Assembly: GCA_038087875.1 (NCBI GenBank)
Contig: JAXLNO010000462.1
Span: 1 to 64,000 of the forward strand
Reading direction: 5' to 3'
DNA length: 64,000 nt
Source of the DNA: Malacoraja senta
Lineage: Eukaryota
In this document: one piece after another, positions 43,397-56,551 of the stretch
How positions within the stretch are numbered: the first letter of the stretch is position 1
Layout of the letters: each line of letters starts with the position of its first letter
The notes under the pieces: generated by a model
Database searches by the model: none
Told to the model about the DNA's origin: nothing
What the model saw: the letters and a program-made list of their open reading frames with translations, nothing else
Translations under genes and position numbers: made by a program

Positions 43397-46300
43397 GCTG
43401 AAATTTCGTCGCTTTGTGCGTCCTGATGTTTCGTCGCTTTTCGCATCCTGAATTTACGTCTCTTTTTCTGTGCTGAATTTTCGTCGCATTTCGCGTGCAG
43501 AATTTCCGTTGCTTTTCGCATGCCGAATTTTCGTCCCCTTTTGCATGCTGAATTTTCGTCGCTTTTTGTATGCTGAAATTTTGTCACTTTTCTCGTCCTG
43601 AAATTTCGTAACTTTTCGCGTGCTGAATTTTCGTAGCTTTTCATGCCCGGAAGGTTCGTCGCTTTACACGTGCTGAATTTTCGTCGCTTTTCATGTTTTG
43701 AAATGTCATCACTTTTCGCGTGCTGAATGTTCGTCGCTTTTCGCGTGCTGAATTTTCGTCACTTTTTGCGTGCTGAATTTTCGTCGTTTTCTTGTCCTGA
43801 AGGTTCGTCACTTTTCACGTGCTGAATTTTCGTCACTTTTCGCGTGCTGAAATTTCGTTGCTTTTCAAGTGCTGAAATTTCGTCGCTTTTCACGTGCTGA
43901 ATTTTCGTCGCGTTTCGCATGCTGAATTTTCGTTGCTTTTCGCGTGCTGAATTTTCGTCGCTTTACACCTACTGAAATTTCATCACTTTTTGCGTGCTGA
44001 ATTTTCGCCTCTTTTCCCGTCCTGAAGGTTCGTTGCTTTTCACATGCTGAAATTTTGTAGCTTTTTGCATGCTGAAATTGCATCGCTTTTCACGTGCAGA
44101 AATTTCGTCGCTTTATGCGTCCTGATGTTTCATCACTTTTCACTTCCTAAAATTTCGTCGCTTTTTGCATCCTGATGTTTCATCGCTTTTCGCGTCCTGA
44201 ATTTACGTCGCTTTTCATGTGCTGAATTTTCATCACTTTTAGCATACTGAAGGTTCGTTGCTTTTTGCATGCCGAATTTTCGTCGCATTTTGTATGCTGA
44301 AATTTCGTCCCTTTTCACGTCCAGACATTTCGTCACTTTTCACGTGCTGAATTTTCGTCGCTTTTCATATCCGGAAGGTTCGTCACTTTTCGCATGCTGA
44401 GATTTCGTCGCTTTTCACGTGCTGAAATTTCGTCGCTTTATGCGTCCAGATTTTTCATCGCTTTTCGCGTCCTGAATTTATGTCGCTTTCCGTGTGCTGA
44501 ATTTTTGTCGCTTTTCGCATACTGAATTTTCGTCGCTTTTCCCGTGCTTCATTTTCATCGCTTTTCGCGTCCTGAAGGTTCGTCACTTTTCACATGCTGA
44601 AATTTCGTCACTTTTCGCGTGCTGAATTTTCATTGCTTTTCACATTCCGAAGTTTGGTCGCTTTCGCATGCTGAGTTTTCATCACTTTTGCGTGCTAAAT
44701 TTTCGTAGTTTTTCGCGTCCTGAAGGTTCGTGAATTTTCATGTGCTGAATTTTCATCACTTTTCACGTGCTGAATTTTCATCGCTTTTCACGTAATAAAA
44801 TTTCGTCGCGTTATGCATCCTGATGTTTCGTCGCTTTTCACATTCTAAATTTACGTCGCTTTTCATATGCTGAATTTTCGTCACTTTTCGCGTGCTGAAT
44901 TTTCGTCGCTTTTTGCATGCTGAATTTATGTCGTTTTTCGCATCCTGAACTTTCGTCGCTTTTCACTTCCTGACATTTTGTCGCTTTATGCGTCCTGAGG
45001 TTTAGTCGATTTTCGCGTGCTGAATTTCCATCACTTTTAATGTTCTGAAAATTTGTCACTTTTCGCGTGCGGAATTTTTTTCGCTTTTTGCATGATGAAT
45101 TTCCGTCGCCTTTCACGTCCTTCATTTTCATCGCTTTTTGTGGCCTGAAGTTTCGTTCCTTTTCACATGCAGAATTTTCGTTGATTTTCGCATGCTGAAT
45201 TTTGGTCGCTTTTCGCGTGCTGAATTTTGGTCGCATTTCACGTTCTGAAATTTCGTGACTTTTCGCGTGCTGAATTTTCGTCGCTTTTCGCGTCCTGAAA
45301 GGTTCATCACTTTTCATGTGCTGAATTTTCATCACTTTTCACAGGCCGAAATTTCGTCACTTTTCGCGTGCTTAAATTTCGTCGCTTTTCACAAGCTGAA
45401 ATTTTGTCGCTTTAAGCGCAATGATGTTTCATCGCTTTTCGCGTCCTGAATTTATTTCACTTTTAATGTGCTGAAAATTCATCGCTTTTCGCGTGCTGAA
45501 TTTTTGTCGCTTTTCGCAAGCTGTATTTTCGTCGCTTTTCCCATGCTTCATTTTCATCGCTTTTCGTGGCCTGAAGTTTCATTGCTTTTCGCATGCTGAA
45601 TTCTCGTTGATTTTCGCATGCTGAATTTTGGTCGTTTTTCGCGTGCTGAATTTTGGTCGCATTTCACGTTCTGAAATTTCATCACTTTTCACGTGCTGAA
45701 ATTTCGTCGCGTTTCACGTGCTGAAGGTTCGTCACTTTTCACATGCTGAATTTACATCGTTTTTCACAGGCTAAATTTTCGTCACTTTTCACGTGCTGAA
45801 ATTTCGTCGCTTTTCACGTTCTGAAATATTGTCGCTTTATGAGTCCTGAGGTTTCGTCGCTTTTCGCGTCCTGAATTTACGTCGCTTTTCGTGTGCTGAA
45901 AGCTCGTCACTTTTCACGTGCTGAATTTTCATCGTCTTTCACAGGCCGAATTTCCGTCACTATTAGCGTGCTCAAATTTCGTCGCTTTTCACATGCTGAA
46001 ATTTCATCATTTATGCGTCCTGATGATTCATCGCTTTTCGCGTCTTGAAATTACGTAGCTTTTTGTGTGCTGAATTTTCGTCACTTTCACATAGCTTTTC
46101 GCATCCTGAATTTTTGTCGCTTTTCCCGTGCTTCATTTTCATTGCTTTATGTGTCCTGAAGGTTCGTTGTATTTCGCATGCTGAATTTTCGTCGCTTCTC
46201 ACAATGCTGAATTTTCGTCGCTTTTCGCATGCTGAATTTACGTCGCTTTACGTGTGCAGAATTTTTGTCGCTTTTCGCATACTGAATTCTCGTCACTTTT

Positions 46301-49300
46301 CCCGTGCTTCATTTTAATCGCTTTTCGCGTCCTGAAGGTTTGTCGCTTTTCACATGCTGAATTTTCGTCGCTTATCGCGGCTGAATTTTTGTAGTATTTC
46401 GCACGCTGAATTTTCGTCACCTTTCACGTGCTTCATTTTTGTTGCTTTTCACGCGCTTCATTTTCATCGCTTTTCGCATCCTGAAGGTTCATCGCTTTTC
46501 GCATGCTGAATTTTCGTTGCTTTTAACAGGCTGAATTTTCGTCACTTTTCGCATGCTGAGATTTCGTCGCTTTTCACGTGCTGAAATTTCGTTGCTTTAT
46601 GTGTCCAGATTTTTCATCGCTTTTCGCGTCCTGAATTTATGTCGCTTTTCGTGTGCTGAAGTTTTGTCGCTTTTCACATACTGAATTTTCGTCGCTTTTC
46701 CCGTGCTTCATTTTCATCGCTTTTCGCGTCCTGAAGGTTCGTCGCTTTTCGCATGCTGAAATTTCGTCACTTTTCGCATGCTGAATTTTCATTGCTTTTC
46801 ACATTCCGAAGTTTGGTCGCTTTCGCATGCTGAGTTTTCGTCACTTTTGCGTGCTAAATTTTCGTAGTTTTTCGCGTCCTGAAGGTTCGTGAATTTTCAT
46901 GTGCTGAATTTTCATCACTTTTCACCTGCTGAATTTTCATCGTTTTTCACTTAATAAAATTTCGTCGCGTTATGCATCCTGATGTTTCGTCGCTTTTCAC
47001 ATTATAAATTTACGTCGCTTTTCGTTGATTTTCGCATGCTGAATTTTGGTCGCTTTTCACGTGCTGAATTTTGGTCGCATTTCACGTTCTGAATTTTCGT
47101 CACTTTTCGCATGCTGAGATTTCGTCGCTTTTCACGTGCTGAAATTTCGTTGCTTTATGTGTCCAGATTTTTCATCGCTTTTCGCGTCCTGAATTTATGT
47201 CGCTTTTCGTGTGCTGAAGTTTTGTCGCTTTTCACATACTGAATTTTCGTCGCTTTTCCCGTGCTTCATTTTCATCGCTTTTCGCGTCCTGAAGGTTCGT
47301 CGCTTTTCGCATGCTGAAATTTCGTCACTTTTCGCATGCTGAATTTTCATTGCTTTTCACATTCCGAAGTTTGGTCGCTTTCGCATGCTGAGTTTTCGTC
47401 ACTTTTGCGTGCTAAATTTTCGTAGTTTTTCGCGTCCTGAAGGTTCGTGAATTTTCATGTGCTGAATTTTCATCACTTTTCACGTGCTGAATTTTCATCG
47501 TTTTTCACTTAATAAAATTTCGTCGCGTTATGCATCCTGATGTTTCGTCGCTTTTCACATTCTAAATTTACGTCGCTTTTCGTTGATTTTCGCATGCTGA
47601 ATTTTGGTCGCTTTTCACGTGCTGAATTTTGGTCGCATTTCACGTTCTGAATTTTCGTCACTTTTCGCGTGCTGAATTTTCGTCGCTTTTTGCATGCTGA
47701 ATTTATGTCGTTTTTCGCATCCTGAACTTTCGTCGCTTTTCACTTCCTGACATTTTGTCGCTTTATGCGTCCTGAGGTTTAGTCGATTTTCGCGTGCTGA
47801 ATTTCCATCACTTTTAATGTTCTGAAAATTTGTCACTTTTCGCGTGCGGAATTTTTTTCGCTTTTTGCATGATGAATTTCCGTCGCCTTTCACGTCCTTC
47901 ATTTTCATCGCTTTTTGTGGCCTGAAGTTTCGTTCCTTTTCACATGCAGAATTTTCGTTGATTTTCGCATGCTGAATTTTGGTCGCTTTTCGCGTGCTGA
48001 ATTTTGGTCGCATTTCACGTTCTGAAATTTCGTGACTTTTCGCGTGCTGAATTTTCGTCGCTTTTCGCGTCCTGAAAGGTTCATCACTTTTCATGTGCTG
48101 AATTTTCATCACTTTTCACAGGCCGAAATTTCGTCACTTTTCGCGTGCTTAAATTTCGTCGCTTTTCACAAGCTGAAATTTTGTCGCTTTAAGCGCAATG
48201 ATGTTTCATCGCTTTTCGCGTCCTGAATTTATTTCACTTTTAATGTGCTGAAAATTCATCGCTTTTCGCGTGCTGAATTTTTGTCGCTTTTCGCAAGCTG
48301 TATTTTCGTCGCTTTTCCCATGCTTCATTTTCATCGCTTTTCGTGGCCTGAAGTTTCATTGCTTTTCGCATGCTGAATTCTCGTTGATTTTCGCATGCTG
48401 AATTTTGGTCGTTTTTCGCGTGCTGAATTTTGGTCGCATTTCACGTTCTGAAATTTCATCACTTTTCACGTGCTGAAATTTCGTCGCGTTTCACGTGCTG
48501 AAGGTTCGTCACTTTTCACATGCTGAATTTACATCGTTTTTCACAGGCTAAATTTTCGTCACTTTTCACGTGCTGAAATTTCGTCGCTTTTCACGTTCTG
48601 AAATATTGTCGCTTTATGAGTCCTGAGGTTTCGTCGCTTTTCGCGTCCTGAATTTATGTCGCTTTTCGTGTGCTGAAAGCTCGTCACTTTTCACGTGCTG
48701 AATTTTCATCGTCTTTCACAGGCCGAATTTCCGTCACTATTAGCGTGCTCAAATTTCGTCGCTTTTCACATGCTGAAATTTCATCATTTATGCGTCCTGA
48801 TGATTCATCGCTTTTCGCGTCTTGAAATTACGTAGCTTTTTGTGTGCTGAATTTTCGTCACTTTCACATAGCTTTTCGCATCCTGAATTTTTGTCGCTTT
48901 TCCCGTGCTTCATTTTCATTGCTTTATGTGTCCTGAAGGTTCGTTGTATTTCGCATGCTGAATTTTCGTCGCTTCTCACAATGCTGAATTTTCGTCGCTT
49001 TTCGCATGCTGAATTTACGTCGCTTTACGTGTGCAGAATTTTTGTCGCTTTTCGCATACTGAATTCTCGTCACTTTTCCCGTGCTTCATTTTAATCGCTT
49101 TTCGCGTCCTGAAGGTTTGTCGCTTTTCACATGCTGAATTTTCGTCGCTTATCGCGGCTGAATTTTTGTAGTATTTCGCACGCTGAATTTTCGTCACCTT
49201 TCACGTGCTTCATTTTTGTTGCTTTTCACGCGCTTCATTTTCATCGCTTTTCGCATCCTGAAGGTTCATCGCTTTTCGCATGCTGAATTTTCGTTGCTTT

Positions 49301-52300
49301 TAACAGGCTGAATTTTCGTCACTTTTCGCATGCTGAGATTTCGTCGCTTTTCACGTGCTGAAATTTCGTTGCTTTATGTGTCCAGATTTTTCATCGCTTT
49401 TCGCGTCCTGAATTTATGTCGCTTTTCGTGTGCTGAAGTTTTGTCGCTTTTCACATACTGAATTTTCGTCGCTTTTCCCGTGCTTCATTTTCATCGCTTT
49501 TCGCGTCCTGAAGGTTCGTCGCTTTTCGCATGCTGAAATTTCGTCACTTTTCGCATGCTGAATTTTCATTGCTTTTCACATTCCGAAGTTTGGTCGCTTT
49601 CGCATGCTGAGTTTTCGTCACTTTTGCGTGCTAAATTTTCGTAGTTTTTCGCGTCCTGAAGGTTCGTGAATTTTCATGTGCTGAATTTTCATCACTTTTC
49701 ACGTGCTGAATTTTCATCGTTTTTCACTTAATAAAATTTCGTCGCGTTATGCATCCTGATGTTTCGTCGCTTTTCACATTCTAAATTTACGTCGCTTTTC
49801 GTTGATTTTCGCATGCTGAATTTTGGTCGCTTTTCACGTGCTGAATTTTGGTCGCATTTCACGTTCTGAATTTTCGTCACTTTTCGCGTGCTGAATTTTC
49901 GTCGCTTTTTGCATGCTGAATTTATGTCGTTTTTCGCATCCTGAACTTTCGGCGCTTTCACTTCCTGACATTTTGTCGCTTTATGCGTCCTGAGGTTTAG
50001 TCGATTTTCGCGTGCTGAATTTCCATCACTTTTAATGTTCTGAAAATTTGTCACTTTTCGCGTGCGGAATTTTTTTCGCTTTTTGCATGATGAATTTCCG
50101 TCGCCTTTCACGTCCTTCATTTTCATCGCTTTTTGTGGCCTGAAGTTTCGTTCCTTTTCACATGCAGAATTTTCGTTGATTTTCGCATGCTGAATTTTGG
50201 TCGCTTTTCGCGTGCTGAATTTTGGTCGCATTTCACGTTCTGAAATTTCGTGACTTTTCGCGTGCTGAATTGTCGTCGCTTTTCGCGTCCTGAAAGGTTC
50301 ATCACTTTTCACGTGCTGAATTTTCATCACTTTTCACAGGCCGAAATTTCGTCACTTTTCGCGTGCTTAAATTTCGTCGCTTTTCACAAGCTGAAATTTT
50401 GTCGCTTTAAACGCAATGATGTTTCATCGCTTTTCGCGTCCTGAATTTATTTCACTTTTAATGTGCTGAAAATTCATCGCTTTTCGCGTGCTGAATTTTT
50501 GTCGCTTTTCGCAAGCTGTATTTTCGTCGCTTTACCCATGCTTCATTTTCATCGCTTTTCGTGGCCTGAAGTTTCATTGCTTATCGCGTGCTGAATTTTT
50601 GTAGTATTTCGCACGCTGAATTTTCGTCGCCTTTCACGTGCTTCATTTTTGTTGCTTTCCACGCGCTTCATTTTCATCGCTTTTCGCATGCTGAATTTTC
50701 ATTGCTTTTAACAGGCTGAATTTTCGTCACTTTTCGCATGCTGAGATTTCGTCGCTTTTCACGTGCTGAAATTTCGTTACTTTATGTGTCCAGATTTTTC
50801 ATCGCTTTTCGCGTCCTGAATTTATGTCGCTTTTCGTGTGCTGAAGTTTTGTCGCTTTTCACATACTGAATTTTCGTCGCTTTTCCCGTGCTTCATTTTC
50901 ATCGCTTTTCGCGTCCTGAAGGTTCGTTGCTTTTCGCATGCTGAAATTTCGTCACTTTTCGCGTGCTGAATTTTCATTGCTTTTCACATTCCGAAGTTTG
51001 GTCGCTTTCGCATGCTGAGTTTTCGTCACTTTTGCGTGCTAAATTTTCGTAGTTTTTCGCGTCCTGAAGGTTCGTGAATTTTCATGTGCTGAATTTTCAT
51101 CACTTTTCACGTGCTGAATTTTCATCGCTTTTCACGTAATAAAATTTCGTCGCGTTATGCATCCTGATGTTTCGTCGCTTTTCACATTCTAAATTTACGT
51201 CGCTTTTCATATGCTGAATTTTCGTCACTTTTCGCGTGCTGAATTTTCGTCGCTTTTTGCATGCTGAATTTATGTCGTTTTTCGCATCCTGAACTTTCGT
51301 CGCTTTTCACTTCCTGACATTTTGTCGCTTTATGCGTCCTGAGGTTTAGTCGATTTTCGCGTGCTGAATTTCCATCACTTTTAATGTTCTGAAAATTTGT
51401 CACTTTTCGCGTGCGGAATTTTTTTCGCTTTTTGCCTGATGAATTTCCGTCGCCTTTCACGTCCTTCATTTTCATCGCTTTTTGTGGCCTGAAGTTTCGT
51501 TCCTTTTCACATGCAGTATTTTCGTTGATTTTCGCATGCTGAATTTTGGTCGCTTTTCGCGTGCTGAATTTTGGTCGCATTTCACGTTCTGAAATTTCGT
51601 GACTTTTCACGTGGTGAATTTTCGTCGCTTTTCGCGTCCTGAAATTTCATCACTTTTCACAAGCCGAAATTTCGTCACTTTTCGCGTGCTTAAATTTCGT
51701 CGCTTTTCACTAGCTGAAATTTCGTCGCTTTAAGCGCAATGATGTTTCATCGCTTTTCGCGTCCTAAATTTATTTCACTTTTAATGTGCTGAAAATTCAT
51801 CGCTTTTCGCGTGCTGAATTTTTGTCGCTTTTCGCAAGCTGTATTTTCGTCGCTTTTCCCATGCTTCATTTTCATCGCTTTTCGTGGCCTGAAGTTTCAT
51901 TGCTTTTCGCATGCTGAATTCGCGTTGATTTTCGCATGCTGAATTATGGTCGTTTTTCGCGTGCTGAATTTTGGTCGCATTTCACGTTCTGAAATTTCGT
52001 CACTTTTCACGTGCTGAAATTTCGTCGAGTTTCATGTGCTGAAGGTTCGTCACTTTTCACATGCTGAATTTTCATCGTTTTTCACAGGCTAAATTTTCGT
52101 CACTTTTCGCGTGCTGAAATTTCGTCCCTTTTCACGTTCTGAAATATTGTCGCTTTATGAGTCCTGAGGTTTCGTCGCTTTTTGCGTCCTGAATTTACGT
52201 CGCTTTTCGTGTGCTGAAAGCTCGTCACTTTTCACGTGCTGTATTTTCATCGTCTTTCACAGGCCGAATTTCCGTCACTATTCGAGTGCTTAAATTTCGT

Positions 52301-55300
52301 CGCTTTTCACATGCTGAAATTTCATCATTTATGCGTCCTGATGATTCATCGCACGCTGAATTTTCGTCGCCTTTCACGTGCTTCATTTTTGTTGCTTTTC
52401 GCGCGCTTCATTTTCATCGCTTTTCGCATCCTGAAGGTTCATCGCTTTTCGCATGCTGAATTTTCATTGCTTTTAACAGGCTGAATTTTCGTCACTTTTC
52501 GCATGCTGAGATTTCGTCGCATTTCACATGCTGAAATTTCATCATTTATGCGTCCTGATGTTTCATCGCTTTTCGCGTCTTGAAATTACGTAGCTTTTTG
52601 TGTGCTGAATTTTCGTCACTTTCACATAGCTTTTCGCATCCTGAATTTTTGTCGCTTTTCCCGTGCTTCATTTTCATTGCTTTATGTCCTGAAGGTTCGT
52701 TGTTTTTCGCATGCTGAATTTTCGTCGCTTCTCACAATGCTGAATTTTCGTCGCTTTTCGCATGCTGAATTTATGTCGCTTTTCATGTGCTGAATTTTCG
52801 TCGCTTTACGTGTGCAGAATTTTTGTCGCTTTTCGCATACTGAATTCTCGTCACTTTTCCCGTGCTTCATTTTCATCGCTTTTCGCGTCCTGAAAGTTTG
52901 TCGCTTTTCGCATGCTGAATTTTCGTCGCTTTTGCGTGCTAAATTTTCGTAGTTTTTCGCGTCCTGAAGGTTCGTGAATTTTCATGTGCTGAATTTTTGT
53001 AGTATTTCGCACGCTGAATTTTCGTCGCCTTTCACGTGCTTCATTTTTGTTGCTTTCCACGCGCTTCATTTTCATCGCTTTTCGCATGCTGAATTTTCAT
53101 TGCTTTTAACAAGCTGAATTTTCGTCACTTTTCGCATGCTGAGATTTCGTCGCTTTTCACGTGCTGAAATTTCGTTGCTTTATGTGTCCAGATTTTTCAT
53201 CGCTTTTCGCGTCCTGAATTTATGTCGCTTTTCGTGTGCTGAAGTTTTGTCGCTTTTCACATACTGAATTTTCGTCGCTTTTCCCGTGCTTCATTTTCAT
53301 CGCTTTTCGCGTCCTGAAGGTTCGTTGCTTTTCGCATGCTGAAATTTCGTCACTTTTCGCGTGCTGAATTTTCATTGCTTTTCACATTCCGAAGTTTGGT
53401 CGCTTTCGCATGCTGAGTTTTCGTCACTTTTGCGTGCTAAATTTTCGTAGTTTTTCGCGTCCTGAAGGTTCGTGAATTTTCATGTGCTGAATTTTCATCA
53501 CTTTTCACGTGCTGAATTTTCATCGCTTTTCACGTAATAAAATTTCGTCGCGTTATGCATCCTGATGTTTCGTCGCTTTTCACATTCTAAATTTACGTCG
53601 CTTTTCATATGCTGAATTTTCGTCACTTTTCGCGTGCTGAATTTTCGTCGCTTTTTGCATGCTGAATTTATGTCTTTTTTCGCATCCTGAACTTTCGTCG
53701 CTTTTCACTTCCTGACATTTTGTCGCTTTATGCGTCCTGAGGTTTAGTCGATTTTCGCGTGCTGAATTTCCATCACTTTTAATGTTCTGAAAATTTGTCA
53801 CTTTTCGCGTGCGGAATTTTTTTCGCTTTTTGCATGATGAATTTCCGTCGCCTTTCACGTCCTTCATTTTCATCGCTTTTTGTGGCCTGAAGTTTCGTTC
53901 CTTTTCACATGCAGAATTTTCGTTGATTTTCGCATGCTGAATTTTGGTCGCTTTTCGCGTGCTGAATTTTGGTCGCATTTCACGTTCTGAAATTTCGTGA
54001 CTTTTCGCGTGCTGAATTTTCGTCGCTTTTCGCGTCCTGAAATTTCATCACTTTTCATGTGCTGAATTTTCATCACTTTTCACAGGCCGAAATTTCGTCA
54101 CTTTTCGCGTGCTTAAATTTAGTCGCTTTTCACAAGCTGAAATTTCGTCGCTTTAAGCGCAATGATGTTTCATCGCTTTTCGCGTCCTGAATTTATTTCA
54201 CTTTTAATGTGCTGAAAATTCATCGCTTTTCGCGTGCTGAATTTTTGTCGCTTTTCGCGTGCTGAATTTTTGTCGCTTTTCGCAAGCTGTATTTTCGTCG
54301 CTTTTCCCATGCTTCATTTTCATCGCTTTTCGTGGCCTGAAGTTTCATTGCTTTTCGCATGCTGAATTCGCGTTGATTTTCGCATGCTGAATTTTGGTCG
54401 TTTTTCGCGTGCTGAATTTTGGTCGCATTTCACGTTCTGAAATTTTGTCACTTTTCACGTGCTGAAATTTCGTCGCGTTTCATGTGCTGAAGGTTCGTCA
54501 CTTTTCACATGCTGAATTTTCATCGTTTTTCACAGGCTAAATTTTCGTCACTTTTCGCGTGCTGAAATTTCGTCGCTTTTCACGTTCTGAAATATTGTCG
54601 CTTTATGAGTCCTGAGGTTTCGTCGCTTTTTGCGTCCTGAATTTACGTCGCTTTTCGTGTGCTGAAAGCTCGTCACTTTTCACGTGCTGTATTTTCATCG
54701 TCTTTCACAGGCCGAATTTCCGTCACTATTCGCGTGCTCAAATTTCGTCGCTTTTCACATGCTGAAATTTCATCATTTATGCGTCCTGATGATTCATCGC
54801 TTTTCGCGTCTTGAAATTACGTAGCTTTTTGTGTGCTGAATTTTCGTCACTTTCACATAGCTTTTCGCATCCTGAATTTTTGTCGCTTTTCCCGTGCTTC
54901 ATTTTCATTGCTTTATGTGTCCTGAAGGTTCGTTGTATTTCGCATGCTGAATTTTCGTCGCTTCTCACAATGCTGAATTTTCGTCGCTTTTCGCATGCTG
55001 AATTTACGTCGCTTTTCATGTGCTGAATTTTCGTCGCTTTACGTGTGCAGAATTTTTGTCGCTTTTCGCATACTGAATTCTCGTCACTTTTCCCGTGCTT
55101 CATTTTCATCGCTTTTCGCGTCCTGAAGGTTTGTCGCTTTTCGCATGCTGAATTTTCGTCGCTTATCACGTGCTGAATTTTTGTAGTATTTCGCATGCTG
55201 AATTTTCGTCGCCTTTCACGTGCTTCATTTTTGTTGCTTTTCACGCGCTTCATTTTCATCGCTTTTCGCATCCTGAAGGTTCATCGCTTTTCGCATGCTG

Positions 55301-56551
55301 AATTTTCATTGCTTTTAACAGGCTGAATTTTCGTCACTTTTCGCATGCTGAGATTTCGTCGCTTTTCACGTGCTGAAATTTCGTCGCTTTATGCGTCCAG
55401 ATTTTTCATCGCTTTTCGCGTCCTGAATTTATGTCGCTTTTCGTGTGCTGAATTTTTGTCGCTTTTCACATACTGAATTTTCGTCGCTTTTCCCGTGCTT
55501 CATTTTCATCGCTTTTCGCGTCCTGAAGGTTCGTCGCTTTTCGCATGCTGAAATTTCGTCACTTTTCGCGTGCTGAATTTTCATCGCTTTTCACATTCCG
55601 AAGTTTGGTCGCTTTCGCATGCTGAATTTTCGTCACTTTTGCGTGCTAAATTTTCGTGGTTTTTGTCCTGAAGGTTCGTCAATTTTCATGTGCTGAATTT
55701 TCATCACTTTTCACGTGCTGAATTTTCATCACTTTTCACGTAATGAAATTTCTTCGCGTTATGCATCCTGATGTTTCGTCGCTTTTCACATTCTAAATTT
55801 ACGTCGCTTTTCATATGCTGAATTTTCGTCACTTTTCACGTGCTGAATTTTCGTCGCTTTTTGCATGCTGAATTTTTGTCGTTTTTCGCATCCTGAACTT
55901 TCGTCGCTTTTCACTTCCTGACATTTTGTCGCTTTATGCGTCCTGAGGTTTAGTCGATTTTCGCGTGCTGAATTTCCATCACATTTAATGTTATGAAAAT
56001 TTGTCACTTTTCGCGTGTGGAATTTTTGTCGCTTTTTGCATGATGAATTTTCGTCGCCTTTCACGTCCTTCATTTTCATCACTTTTCACGTACTGAAAGT
56101 TCGTCGCTTTTCGCATTGTGAATTTTCTTCGCTTTAAGCATGCAGAATTTTCGTAGTTTTTCACGTGCTGAATTTTCGTCACTTTTCACGTTCTGAAATT
56201 TCGTCACTTTTTATTTTTTATTTTTTTATTTTTTATTTATTAGAAGTACATTACATTACAACCACATACATTAGTATTCGTCTCATATATCATATTACAA
56301 TTAATGTAAGGAAAAGGTGAAAGTGTAAAAAAACGTGACAACAAGAAAGAACAAAGACCCTATAAGAACGAAATTAAAAACAAGAGAAAAAGAGTTAAGA
56401 GATAGACCCTGGGAAAGAAGAAGAAAGATAAAGAGGGAAAAGAGAAAGACAAATACTTTTTTGTGAGCATCACGCAAATGGGACATACCAACTCTCCAAC
56501 TTTCATCCCCCCTTACCTGACCTCAGTTTTTTTTTAAAGTAGTTTTGCACC

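Larger units (their letters stand above)
30289..56206 (+). repeat. 25-bp CpG-rich satellite, consensus GCTGAATTTTCGTCGCTTTTCGCGT, with higher-order repeats
   Basis: CTGAA recurs every 25 bp (e.g. 36009, 36034, 36059, 36084). Interrupted at 30636-35376 and 43157-43396. Confidence 0.97.

Noticed and set aside
35709..56182. Dozens of K/R-rich or F-rich ORFs in the satellite
   Set aside because: They are translations of the 25-bp repeat, with no domains, and recur with the HOR period.
30289..56206. CENP-B box in the satellite
   Set aside because: TTCG is present but the downstream A..CGGG of the CENP-B box is not.
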